Shown here one piece after another: positions 10,662 to 20,900 of a stretch of DNA of 64,000 nucleotides. Both the position numbers and the translations under genes were made by a program. A model generated the notes under the pieces. The model searched no databases. It worked only from the letters and a program-made list of their open reading frames with translations, and was not told where the DNA came from. The DNA comes from Guillardia theta CCMP2712 (taxonomy: Eukaryota > Protista > Cryptophyta), in contig NW_005434662.1 of NCBI RefSeq assembly GCF_000315625.1, positions 402,307 to 466,306 of the forward strand. Direction: 5' to 3'. Every line of letters starts with the position of its first letter. Positions within the stretch are counted from its first letter, which is position 1.

Positions 10662-12377
10662 CTACCCGGCGGCTCTTTCCTTCATTCTGAGCAGCAAGCC
10701 ATCTTTGGGCTTCATCATTGGGATGAACGTGAGAGAGAAGTCCTGCCCAGCAGTCAGCATGCTGGCAGGTGGATTGGACCGGGACTCCGACAAAGAGCGT
10801 ACTGCCGGGTACCGTAGTACTACCTGCCCCTCTACAGCGGAGAAGTCGAACGTCCTTAGGAAGATGGAGAGAAAGATCTTGAGCTCCAGCAGCGCAAGGC
10901 GCTGACCGATGCAGAGGTGAGGGCCAGCCCCGAAGGAATCTAAGTCAAGCGTCAGCAACCCTGGCACGAGCCAGCAGCCTCTGAGCGGCCCAGCTCACAG
11001 TGCTGGGAGGCCTTGCTCTGGGAGGCGAAGGGGCAGAAGTCCTCGCCGCTCGGGCTGAGCTCCTCCAGGCGATTGGTCAGGAAGATCCCAAACAGCACCT
11101 GCCCCGTCCCTTCACCTGGCACACACAGGATTCGGCCTGCCCCTCACCTGATACCCTGCTGGGACCCGGAACCCCTCGTGCTCGAACTCGCAGACAGACT
11201 CTCGGATCACACCGGAGGCAGGAGGGTACAACCGCAGGGACTCCTGCAGCGCCTGCTCTAGCAGCGGCATGCTCTGCAGCTGCACCGACAGGGGATCGCC
11301 CCCTTCCATGGCCCTCACCTGCTCCTCCACCAGCTGCACCCGGAGGTCCTCACGTCGGGCGACCTCCATCAGGAAGCAGGTGGCCGCGCTGGCCGAGGTC
11401 TCGTGCCCGGCAATGAGCAGCATGATCATCTGTGCCGCCAGGTCGTCATCGCTCAAGGCGGTGCCATCGTCTGCCTTGGAGTCGATGAGCAGGTTCAGCG
11501 CGTCCCTGCCCTGCCGGGGGAGCCTCCTCCTCTTTGCGATCAGATCCTTCAGCGCGTTCACCAGATTCGTGCGGGACTTCATCGCGCGGCGGAAGGGAGG
11601 AAACCAAGAGTAGGGGAGCGAGAAGAACGCTCCCTGGATGTCGCCGAACCATTTGCTGTACAGCTCCAGCTGCTCTCCATCCATGTTGTCGCCGATTAGC
11701 ACGAAATAGGCGATATCGAGCATGACGTCCAACAGCTCACCATAGATCCGCATCTCGAACTCTCCCCCTCCTCCTTCTTCTCCTCCTAAGGTCCTCCACT
11801 TTTGCGCATAGCGTACGCACACTTGCTCGATGTACTGCGAGTAGGACGCAACCGCGCTGGGCGTGAAGGCCTTGCCGATGACCTGCCTCGCCCGCTCGTG
11901 AGTTGGGCCGTCAGAATTTGGGAGCACGTTGGGTCCCAGGAGCTCGATGACGCTCTTGGGATAGGTAGAGATAAGCGTCCTGCCCTGGTTCTGTGCGAGG
12001 AACTTCATGGCATCGACTCCGTTCAAGACTACCGATGGCTTCCCTAGGATGTGTGACTTGTAGATCCTGCCGTACTTGTTCAATTTGTGCCGCACGAACG
12101 ATTCCGTGTTCAGCAGGAAGGGGATGGTTTCTCCGAGGAAGGGTAGCCCTGATCGACCAGGAGGGAGAGGAAGCTCCGTGCTGCATGAGATCTTCGCTGC
12201 TCGCCGGTGAGGCACAGCATGCTTGCGATGGAAGAGACTCAACTTGTGAAAGCCCACACGAAAACCGTGACATGACTTGAAAGTTAGCATCATCGTTATC
12301 ATCACCATCATCGCCATCATCGCCATCATCGGTTTCTTCCTCCTTTTCCTCTGCGTCCTCGTCGCTGCCGTCGCCAT
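10662..12377 (-). CDS. Cytochrome P450, CYP120-like, multi-exon, probable bipartite organelle-targeting leader
   Basis: LPLPPGRSGLPFLGETIPFL proline hinge, I-helix LLIAGHETS, K-helix ESLR (ExxR), heme motif FGAGPHLCIG in a downstream exon. Confidence 0.93.
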
Positions 12378-12418
12378 CTTCCACCACCTACCCGGGCCTC
12401 GTTTTATATGTTTCGGGA

Positions 12419-12482
12419 AGGGACCTCTACTGTTTTATAGGGACCTCTCTCTATAAGACCTCTACTGAAAACTTTTCAGTAG
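12419..12482. promoter_or_regulatory. Repeated GACCTCT motifs plus 21-bp palindrome in the divergent P450/transporter promoter
   Basis: GACCTCT x3; CTACTGAAAA-C-TTTTCAGTAG perfect inverted repeat at 12462-12482. Confidence 0.45.
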
Positions 12483-12635
12483 CGGAGCGGCAGGGGGGGG
12501 CAGGAGGAGGAGGAGGAGGAGGAGGAGGAGGAGGAGGAGGAGCATCTTCTGCCAACGCGCCAGCAAGGAAGGAAGAAAGCATCAACCACGGATTAGCGAT
12601 GCTGACATCAACGCTCCCAATCTGACGTCTCAGCA

Positions 12636-13862
12636 ATGGTGGAAGAGGGCGGGGAGAAACAGGAGGACGAGAGCGTTGACACGGCCCGTGTCACGTTGTC
12701 CATCCGCCTGTCCCTGTTCATCTCTGCCGTCTTCATACTCCTCCTCTTCATCCCCATGGCATCGAAGGGCTGGATTGCTGCGCTCGGCGCTTCCATGGTG
12801 TTCGGCTCGTCGAGCATCCCCGCCAAGCACCCATGCTGCAGGATTGTCGGGCCCTTCGGTTTCCAGCTGTGGGTAACAGCAGGGAACGCCATGACAACCA
12901 TGTCTCTCGCTCTCCTCAAGGGATCCCCCGTCCGATGGTCAAGTTGGGGAGCTGCTGGGGCTTTGCTCCTCACAGCCACCCAGTGCTGTGCATGGCCGGC
13001 GGTGGGCGCTCTTGGAGCAGCAGCAGGTCCAGGCATCTGGTGCGGGGTCGGGATGTCAGTTGCGTTCATGTGGGGGACGATCGTCTTCCAGGAAGCCGTT
13101 CGCTCGCTTGCGCTGTGCATTGTTGCTCTGATCCTCCTCTTCTTCGGGATCGTGGGTATATCTCTCGTTCAGTCCAGCATGCTTCAGCGGCTCTTGGGCG
13201 AGTCGGGGGCAACGGGGCTGATGTCGTTCAAGGAGCTTCAGGCAGAAAGCTCAGGGCCGGAGGAGGAGCGTGAGGGAGGGGAATGGAGAGAAAGAGGCGG
13301 AAGGAGAGAAGAAGAGAGCAATAAGACTGGTCGAGCGAGGATCGCTGTGGGAGTCTTGCTGGCACTCATGACGGGATTGTTTGACGGTTCCCTCATGGCA
13401 CCTTTCAAGGCATACCTCGCCTCTCACCCTTCCCTAGTCTCCTCCTCCTCCTCCTCCTCCTCCTCCTCCTCCTCCTCCGACGTCGTCGTCTTCGAGTACT
13501 TGGGCTCCTTTGCACTCGCACTGCCGGTGGTGGCTGGAGGGTCCCTCGTGCTCATCATGTTCTACCAGCATCGTGCCTTAAACTCAGGTCCCGATCGCAG
13601 CAGCTTCAGGCAAGCGGCGTACCCTGGTTTCTGCGCTGGCGTGTTGTGGGCTGTCGGCAACGTTCTGTCGGTGCATGCGACGCTGGAGCTTGGGCAGTCT
13701 ATCGGGTTCCCGATGACGCAGAGTTGTGTGGTGATATCAGCCCTGTGGGGAATCGTCGTCTTCAAGGAGATGACCGCCAGGACTCCTCTCCTCCTCTTCC
13801 TCCTCTCCTCGACGCTGGTGGCGGCAGGCGCGAGTCTCCTCGGCAGTAACTCTTACAGATAG
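12636..13862 (+). CDS. TMEM144/GlcU-like DMT-superfamily transporter
   Basis: About 10 hydrophobic segments in two halves; GIW..VGM...FMWG.IVFQE and LGQSIGFPMTQSCVVISALWGIVVFKEM signatures; poly-Ser from (TCC)n at 13439-13478. Confidence 0.8.
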   Translation: MVEEGGEKQEDESVDTARVTLSIRLSLFISAVFILLLFIPMASKGWIAALGASMVFGSSSIPAKHPCCRIVGPFGFQLWVTAGNAMTTMSLALLKGSPVRWSSWGAAGALLLTATQCCAWPAVGALGAAAGPGIWCGVGMSVAFMWGTIVFQEAVRSLALCIVALILLFFGIVGISLVQSSMLQRLLGESGATGLMSFKELQAESSGPEEEREGGEWRERGGRREEESNKTGRARIAVGVLLALMTGLFDGSLMAPFKAYLASHPSLVSSSSSSSSSSSSSDVVVFEYLGSFALALPVVAGGSLVLIMFYQHRALNSGPDRSSFRQAAYPGFCAGVLWAVGNVLSVHATLELGQSIGFPMTQSCVVISALWGIVVFKEMTARTPLLLFLLSSTLVAAGASLLGSNSYR

Positions 13863-14162
13863 CACAGAGACTGGTCGACAGTGGGGGGGGCAAGAGTTGG
13901 TCAGGAGCCTCTGCGACGACTTGGGCCATCCCGCCTGGCATGCTTCCTGCGCTGATCGCTCTGACAAGGGATATGTGATAATGAACCATCTTGCCCCACG
14001 GATTGACCAGGAAGCAGCCACGGGGCATGACACAAGGAACAAGCAGGAGATGACAGCTGCTGCTGCGCAGGAGCATCTCCTCCATCGCCCTCCATCTCGC
14101 TATGCAACATCGACAAGGTCCGACAAGCTTGCCTACTGAAGCCCTCACATGTCCCTGATCAC

Positions 14163-14569
14163 TTCATCTTGTATTATTATGTACACAACAGACTCTACTT
14201 TACACCTCGCTACCTCCTCCTCCCTGGCTCCCCTTCCCTCCCTGCCTCTACTGCTCCTCGGCCTTGGGCTCGTCGGCCTCTTCCTGTATCCTCCCCGGGA
14301 GGCCGCGCCTCGCCATGGTCGAGCGGATGTTGTCGAGCAGGAAGCACAGGGAGGGAGAGGGCTTTGGGCGCTGGGCGGCCCGGGAGGGCGGGCTAGAAGG
14401 GAGGCGGAAGACAGGGTCGCAGGCGAAGCGGATGGTACTACGGGGCGGGAGGGGGGCAGAGACCATGGAGGAGCGGAAGGGGGATAGGGGACAGTGGGGA
14501 GGTCGGGCTGAGAGGAGGTATATCAAGGGGGGAGGGGGGGAGGGGCTGACTCAATATGGGACGATTCGT
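14163..14569. repeat. ~400-bp direct repeat, copy 1 (contains a minus-strand 72-codon ORF)
   Basis: Near-identical to 14983-15387. Confidence 0.9.
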
Positions 14570-14982
14570 GATTTATTCGCTAGACGATTGTTCTCCATCA
14601 ATATGTCTCCTCATTGACCAGCCGCTCGGCGTCCAAGTCTGATGCGATGGCCAGCTGACCGACAGGATGGACTGCATATCCCTTGCAGAGATGATGAAGA
14701 GGAAAAGCTCGACCAGCACGTGAGGAGAAGCTTAATCAGCCTGAGCTGCAAACCGATAATCGCACAGAAAGACCACAAAAGGACCAGAGGACATAAGGAC
14801 AAGGCGGCTCGTTGTTTTACACTTGCCAGATTCAGAAAAGAGCATGAAACGATCAGAAAAGACTCGCCACCACCACCATGAAGCTCCCAACAGCATAATT
14901 GTTGAACCATGATGACCTGTGTCCCCGTGTCATCCGTTGGAGATCAGATGAAAAGGAGTGGTGTCAACAAGTTCTTACAAGT

Positions 14983-15387
14983 TCATCTTGTATTATTATG
15001 TACACAACAGACTCTACTTTACACCTCGCTACCTCCTCCTCCCTGGCTCCCCTTCCCTCCCTGCCTCTACTGCTCCTCGGCCTTGGGCTCGTCGGCCTCT
15101 TCCTGTATCCTCCCCGGGAGGCCGCGCCTCGCCATGGTCGAGCGGATGTTGTCGAGCAGGAAGCACAGGGAGGGAGAGGGCTTGGGGCGCTGGGCGGCCC
15201 GGGAGGGCGGGCTAGGAGGGAGGCGGAAGACAGGGTCGCAGGCGAAGCGGATGGTACTACGGGGCGGGAGAGGGGCAGAGACCATGGAGGAGCGGAAGGG
15301 GGATAGGGGACAGTGGGGAGGTCGGGCTGAGAGGAGGGCTAGTATATCAGGGGGGGGAGGGGGGGGGGGGGGGGGCTGACTCAATAT
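14983..15387. repeat. ~400-bp direct repeat, copy 2
   Basis: Near-identical to 14163-14569 with a few substitutions. Confidence 0.9.
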
Positions 15388-15628
15388 CCGGACCAGAATC
15401 TTGTCCCATCGAAGCGTTGCGTAGTGAGTTGAGGAACAAGGTGCACGACGTGCAGAGTTGCGTTTTGAAGTGGCTCGGAAGCACGGGTCTCATATTTTAT
15501 CCCCGGCTGGCCGGAAGCGACCGTGAATCGCTGCGACTCCCGAGTCCACCAATGATCCGTTGCCGTAGCGTAGTACGGTAGGTGCCTGCGCCCCCCTCCC
15601 CTCAGAGTCCCTCTCCCTAAGATGCCGG

Positions 15629-15822
15629 GGGATAGGGGACTGTGACGGTGGGGAGGTCGGGCTGAGAGGAGGTATATCAAGGGGGGACTCGTTGAAGGGG
15701 GCGGAGGGGGTGACTCAATACAGTGGGACGATTCGTATTCCCGCGTCAGCCGACACGAAGCGTTGCGTAGAAGAACGTCAGAATCTTAGCCCCATCGAAA
15801 CGATGCGTGGTGAGATGAGGAG
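15629..15822. repeat. Partial diverged third copy (upstream portion of the repeat)
   Basis: GGGGATAGGGGAC..GGGAGGTCGGGCTGAGAGGAGGTATATCAAGGGGGG..TGACTCAATA..GGGACGATTCGT, plus CAGAATCTT..CCCATCGAA.CG.TGCGT matching ~15394-15433. Confidence 0.75.
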
Positions 15823-16009
15823 CCGCGATTCAACGACGGTTGTATCCCCGGCAAATCACTTCTTGTCTGAGCCGGGGTCTGAACAGGTGCAGCGATGATC
15901 TCGAGTAGATAGAGCCTGAGTAGATATCTGTTCAGTCGTCATCAAACTGTGCCACCGATTCCGCTCCCACCGGACTCCGAGGCTCCGAATACTATGATAT
16001 GTTTCAGCA

Positions 16010-16800
16010 GTGCCCGGGCCGCGGGCCTTGCCGGGGCCTTGTTTCACAGTGCCAGGCCCTAGTCAACCCGGCGGCCCAGGCGAAACGGTTCGAGTGACTC
16101 GCTGAGCAGAGAGACTCACCACGCCGGTCACACTGACTTTCAAGTTTCACCGGCGGCGGGGCCCGGCAGTGCGACCGTGACGGTGGTCCGCCGGGGCCGC
16201 CCGGCCCGCCTTTCTCCCGGCCGGGCGCCGGGCCCGGGGGACCGTCCGAGTCCGAGTCGGGGCCGGCGGCGGGACTCGGCCCGTGACTTGAACGGTCCGA
16301 GTCCGAGTGGCCCGGACCGGCGGCCGGGCGCCGTAACCACTGCCACCGCCGGACCGTACTCTGTTACTTGGGCGGCCGCTAGCCTAGTAGTTCAAGTTAC
16401 GGTCACGGTACCAGGCTACTGAACCGGCGGACTCGACCGTGCGTTCAACGGTTGCCAAGCAAGTTGGCTCCGGGGCAGTCCGACCATCGTAACACCTGAC
16501 CGTGACTGTGATCGTCACTGTCAGTTGCCGCGCGGCCGCTCACGGGTCACGGGTGACCCGTGACCGGGCCGCCGGGATCAGCCTGAGTGAGTCGGGGGCC
16601 CCCGGGCCCGCCGATGCAGCCGGGCCACGCCGGTGGCATACGGCGGGGCCGATCTCCGAGGCTGCGGCCGGGCAGCCACCGTCGGGTGGCGGCGGGCGCG
16701 CGCCGGGCGCCGGGCGCCGGGCCCGGAAGACGGGCAGCCTGTGACTCCTCAGACTCGGACCCGGCCCGGCGGGCGCCGGGCCGGCCCACGGCCCGACCCA
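16010..16800. other. Large CCGG-rich non-coding island
   Basis: Very high GC with CCGG/GGCCCGG, CCGAGTCCGAGT and GTCAC/GTGAC words; ORFs here are only R/G/P/A-rich. Confidence 0.7.
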
Positions 16801-17362
16801 GAAACCGTTGAAGACAGTTATATATTACCCTTCCGAGAAGCACGAAGAGCCATCCTGCGGCGTTGATGGAGCTGCAGAAGAGAGAGTGGGAAGGAGGAGA
16901 GAGAGTGGGAAGGAGAAGAGAGAAGAATTTACATGATGAACTTGAGGATGGGTATCAACAGATTCATGGGGGAGGGGGTGGGAATGTAACAGCACAAACC
17001 CTCATAACTCATCACGAATTGCAAATGATCCTGGATTGCAAGCTTGCGAGGGATAGAAAGAAATGAGGATCATGCATGGCAACTGAAGTCATCGAAATAT
17101 GCCAAAGGTCTTAGCTTGTCTAGTTCTTTGGTTTTGGTCTGGTTTATCTAGCTCTTTCTTTTTGGTCCTTTCTTTCATATCATGTTTTTGTTGATTGTGC
17201 CAGACTCGATCAAAAAAACAGACTCTAGCATGGTCTCGCTGTCCATGTGACTGAATATGGGCATGTCCTTGTGTTGTGAATTTGGATCAGAAATCAGATT
17301 GATACAAGATTCATGTTGTGCAGCTCTTGTTCCTGACGTGTTGCCCTGCAGTACCTTTTGCA

Positions 17363-17833
17363 ATGCCCATCCTTCGCCTTCCTGTCATGAGGTAAGCCTG
17401 TTCCGTTCATATACCAACGCGCCTCAACTTCGTCTCGCAGATCTCTCTTCTCGGGTACCCCTCCCTTCGGGATGCCCCACGTCAACCCCACCATCCCTAC
17501 ATGGGGTAAGCCTCTCGATTTCTTGCTCCCTTCCTGCATGCTCTCGTTCAAAGATCTCCTCCACTCGTCTCCTCCCTCCCTCCCTCCCTCCCTCCCTCCC
17601 TCCCTCCCTCCCTCCCTTCTCTCTCTCACTCTCTCCGTTGCCTTGCTGACTGTGCGATAGGCACGGACGATGACGGCAGGAAGCCGTACGAGCTCAGCGA
17701 GGCCACCCTCCACAACTCGGGATACGTTGGCTCCGACAACGCCATGGGCTCTCCTGACTACTTCATCGACTATGCTGACCCCAAGGGACCCAACGAGTCC
17801 CACCAGTGGCTGCAGAGCCATCCTTTTTACTAG
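17363..17833 (+). CDS. Small 3-exon protein (~88 aa), uncharacterised
   Basis: Exons 17363-17391, 17441-17505, 17661-17833 with GTAAG donors and AG acceptors in consistent phase: MPILRLPVMRSLFSGTPPFGMPHVNPTIPTWGTDDDGRKPYELSEATLHNSGYVGSDNAMGSPDYFIDYADPKGPNESHQWLQSHPFY. Confidence 0.6.
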
Positions 17834-17902
17834 AGGGCTGCTCTTTGACCTTTACGAAACATATTAATGTACAGCGTGGAGTTTGACAACCGTATCCTTG
17901 CG

Positions 17903-20900
17903 CTACATGAGCTCTCTCATGGAAGCTGACGAGCCTTTCGCATCCATCATCAGCTTGAAGCGGAGAAGCTCCTCCTCGTCCTCCACTTCTCCCTTCTGCA
18001 ATGCACGTGTCAGTGGCTTGGTGGTGTTCGCTCCCTGTTACCTTGGCGTTGTTGTCCGTTCCACCTCCCGGCGATTTCTCGCCATCCTCTTCCAGTATCC
18101 TTCGCGAACCTTCTCTTCCAAGAGCAAGAGTCCCGGAGGAAGACGTAGATAGCCGCACAGGCCCTCCATCGTCGTTCCATGAGGTTTGCAGGAAGCCCTC
18201 GCACGGCTTTCTCACCTCCTCCTCCCACACCTGACGCTGCCCCTCCGTGTAGGCCTCCAGCGCTTTGCGACTGTAGGAGTTGCCTGGCAAATCAGGGTCG
18301 CTCCAGTAGAGTTCGATGTGCATGCAGAGGTCTGAGTCGCTGGGATGTAGCACGTAGCAGGGGACACAGGCCGGATGGTCTGTGAACGCGTTCGCCTGCG
18401 AGCCCAGCGAGTTGGTTGGTCTTGGCCAAGTCGTCACCTCCAGCAGGGCCTGAGCTCGCCTTGCAGTTCCGGGCTGGAAGGTGCAGACGGCGAGGGGGTC
18501 AGCTCCTCCTCCTTGACAGACGCGATCGGAGTTTCCCAGGTCGTCCACGAGGATGGTAATCTCGTCTGCCCCAGTCCCTCCATACCCTCCCAGCAGCGTC
18601 TGCAGCGACGAGTCTGCCAGGCCGCACAGCAGCCCAGCGGCGCACACGCGCCCTGCTGGGGACCAGCCGGGGACCCTGGAGGGGCTCTTGTACCTTAGAC
18701 CTCGGAGAGCCTGTTGGACAGCAGCCAGGGGTCCTTCGAAGATCATCCTCCTGTCCGCCGTCCCTCCCCCCTCCAGGAAGTGGAGGATAGCGGCATCCCT
18801 CCCCCTCCAGGCCGCCAGGTTGAGGTTCGACACGCCAGGTACTTGCGGCACGTAGAAGGGCTTCACCACCGTCCTCGTGTTCCCTGCCACGATCGGTTCC
18901 TCCGAGCTGACGCCGATCGAGACGTCCCCCATGTACCCGAGAGCGATACTGCTGTCCAGCGCCTGGCCCTGCTGCCTGCTAGAGGTGGAGGGTAGGGAGT
19001 CCGCAAACGGAGCGTCGACGAACAGGTAGCCGTGCAAGCAGCTCAGCTCGACCCGGAGGCGGCGGACGATGAGCGAAGGCGCATTCACCCGATCCTCCCC
19101 GAGGTCAGGGTCTTCGACCTTGAGCCCTGGCACAGAGATCTCCTCCCCTGCCGTTCCCTTCAGCAGGCGAGGGATGACGCTGGTGTTGCCGATGAGGCGG
19201 CTGCGGGAGTTCCACGTGGGAAAGGAGCGATAGATCGCCCAGCCTTGCTCGTGCCATGTCCTCGTGATGACGATGCGGAACATGCTTCCGTACTGATTGT
19301 TGGCAGGCCACCTGAAGTAGCTCCTTGTCCCCTCCACGAAGGGCCCAGCTCCTGCAGTTCCATTGGCCCTGCCGATGGATACCCACCCAACGTTCACCTC
19401 TTCCGCGTTGTACTCTCCTACCTCTGCGTTCCAGTTGCCTCCCACGAACCCCTCGAGCTCGACGATTCCGTCGCTCGTCATGATCAGGAGGACCTCCGAC
19501 ACCAGCACCGCATGGTCCCAAGTGAAAATTACCTGGGCTCTGGCTGCGTTAGGGAGAAATTTCTCCGTGTACGTGAAGTCCCGCAGCGCCACATCGCCAG
19601 GAGCGATCTTGTAGTAGCGATTGAGCAGGAGGCCGACGCCGACGTTGACGTCCAACCCACCGCTGACCCTGTTGGCAACATAGGAGACACCTGCATGTGT
19701 GGTCAATGACCCTGCTGCTGCTGCTGCTCCTCCTCCTCCTCCTCCTCCTCCTCCTCCTCTCTTATCCTTCCTGGTTTTTGTGCTTCTTACCCCGCGCAAC
19801 AACTCTTACAACTCAGCTCTTTCCCCCTTTCTGCTCTAATCCTATAAGACCGTTTTTTTCCAATTGCTCCCCCCTGCCTCTCCCCTCCCTCTCTCCAACT
19901 TTTTTCATTTTCTTTCTCTTCCACTGGCTCCTCGTCCCCTCCTTGTCACCTGAGCTCCTCACGGCACACTCCCCGTCCATGCTCCCCGGGGGGACCGCGA
20001 CAGAAAGGAAGTCAGCTCTTGTCTTGAGGGGAACGTTGATGGTGGGCGGCCTGTTAGACTTCCAGGAGGACCGCATGCCTCGGGGAGCTGACTCCGCCAG
20101 GGCAACGAAGTAGCGGAAGGGAGCGGTGAGGACTGCTGGAGACTTCTGCTCTGCAGCGCCCAAGGGAGAGGAGACTGTGTACTGCACGACTGCGATGAAG
20201 CATGAGGAGAGGAGGAAGAAGCACGGAGTCAGAAGAGCGCTCCTTACCGCTGCTGGAGTAGTCAAAAGGTCCAAACCCCAGGACTCTTGCTAGAGAGCGA
20301 TCCTTGTTGGGCCCGCTGTTGAAGAGGAGCAGGAATTTCCCTCCCCACCACCCGCACGAATGATCTTTGGCTTGTATCCCACCGCCCTAGACACGTCGGT
20401 GAGGGAACGAGGCGTTGGGATACATCATAGAGGCTGGTGAGGGAGAAAAAGTCTGAAGATGAGGGAGACAAACTGGGAGAGCAGGAGGAGGCGCAAGGGA
20501 GAGGAGGGGAAGGGAATCTTGGCTACCTGATCATCGCAGGGCAGGGCGTTGGTGTACTGCCCGTTGATCACTGCGTCCTCCCCGACAGGATCGTAGGTGA
20601 AGGTGAAGGTCATGCTGGCGGGATCAGCGAGGAGGCGTATCGAACCTCCGTGTCCAGGTTGCGAGAACTGAGAAAATGAGGAGGGTCAGCAAGCCGGGAA
20701 AGCAGAGGAGGAGCAGGATGGAAGCAGCAGGAGGAGGAGAGGAGGAGAGGAGGAGAGAAGGAGAGAAGGAGCAGGAGGGGAGGAGGAGAGAACCTGGAAA
20801 GGAGGTGCAGCCTTCCATGCGACACAGATGTCTGCCGTTCCGCGCTGCTGGCCCAGCGGCCCATCATCGCACTTCCAGAAGAAATCGGAGATGGATGAAG

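Noticed and set aside
14163-15387. LTR retrotransposon bounded by the two direct repeats
   Set aside because: Only ~410 bp between copies; no gag/pol, primer-binding site or TG..CA ends identified.
16140-16866. R/G/P/A-rich ORFs in CCGG islands (also ~34000, 35600, 47400, 59000)
   Set aside because: Artefacts of extreme GC content; no domain signal or codon pattern.
17294-17821. 175-aa minus-strand ORF
   Set aside because: Antisense shadow of the spliced plus-strand microprotein plus a (CTCC)n intron repeat.
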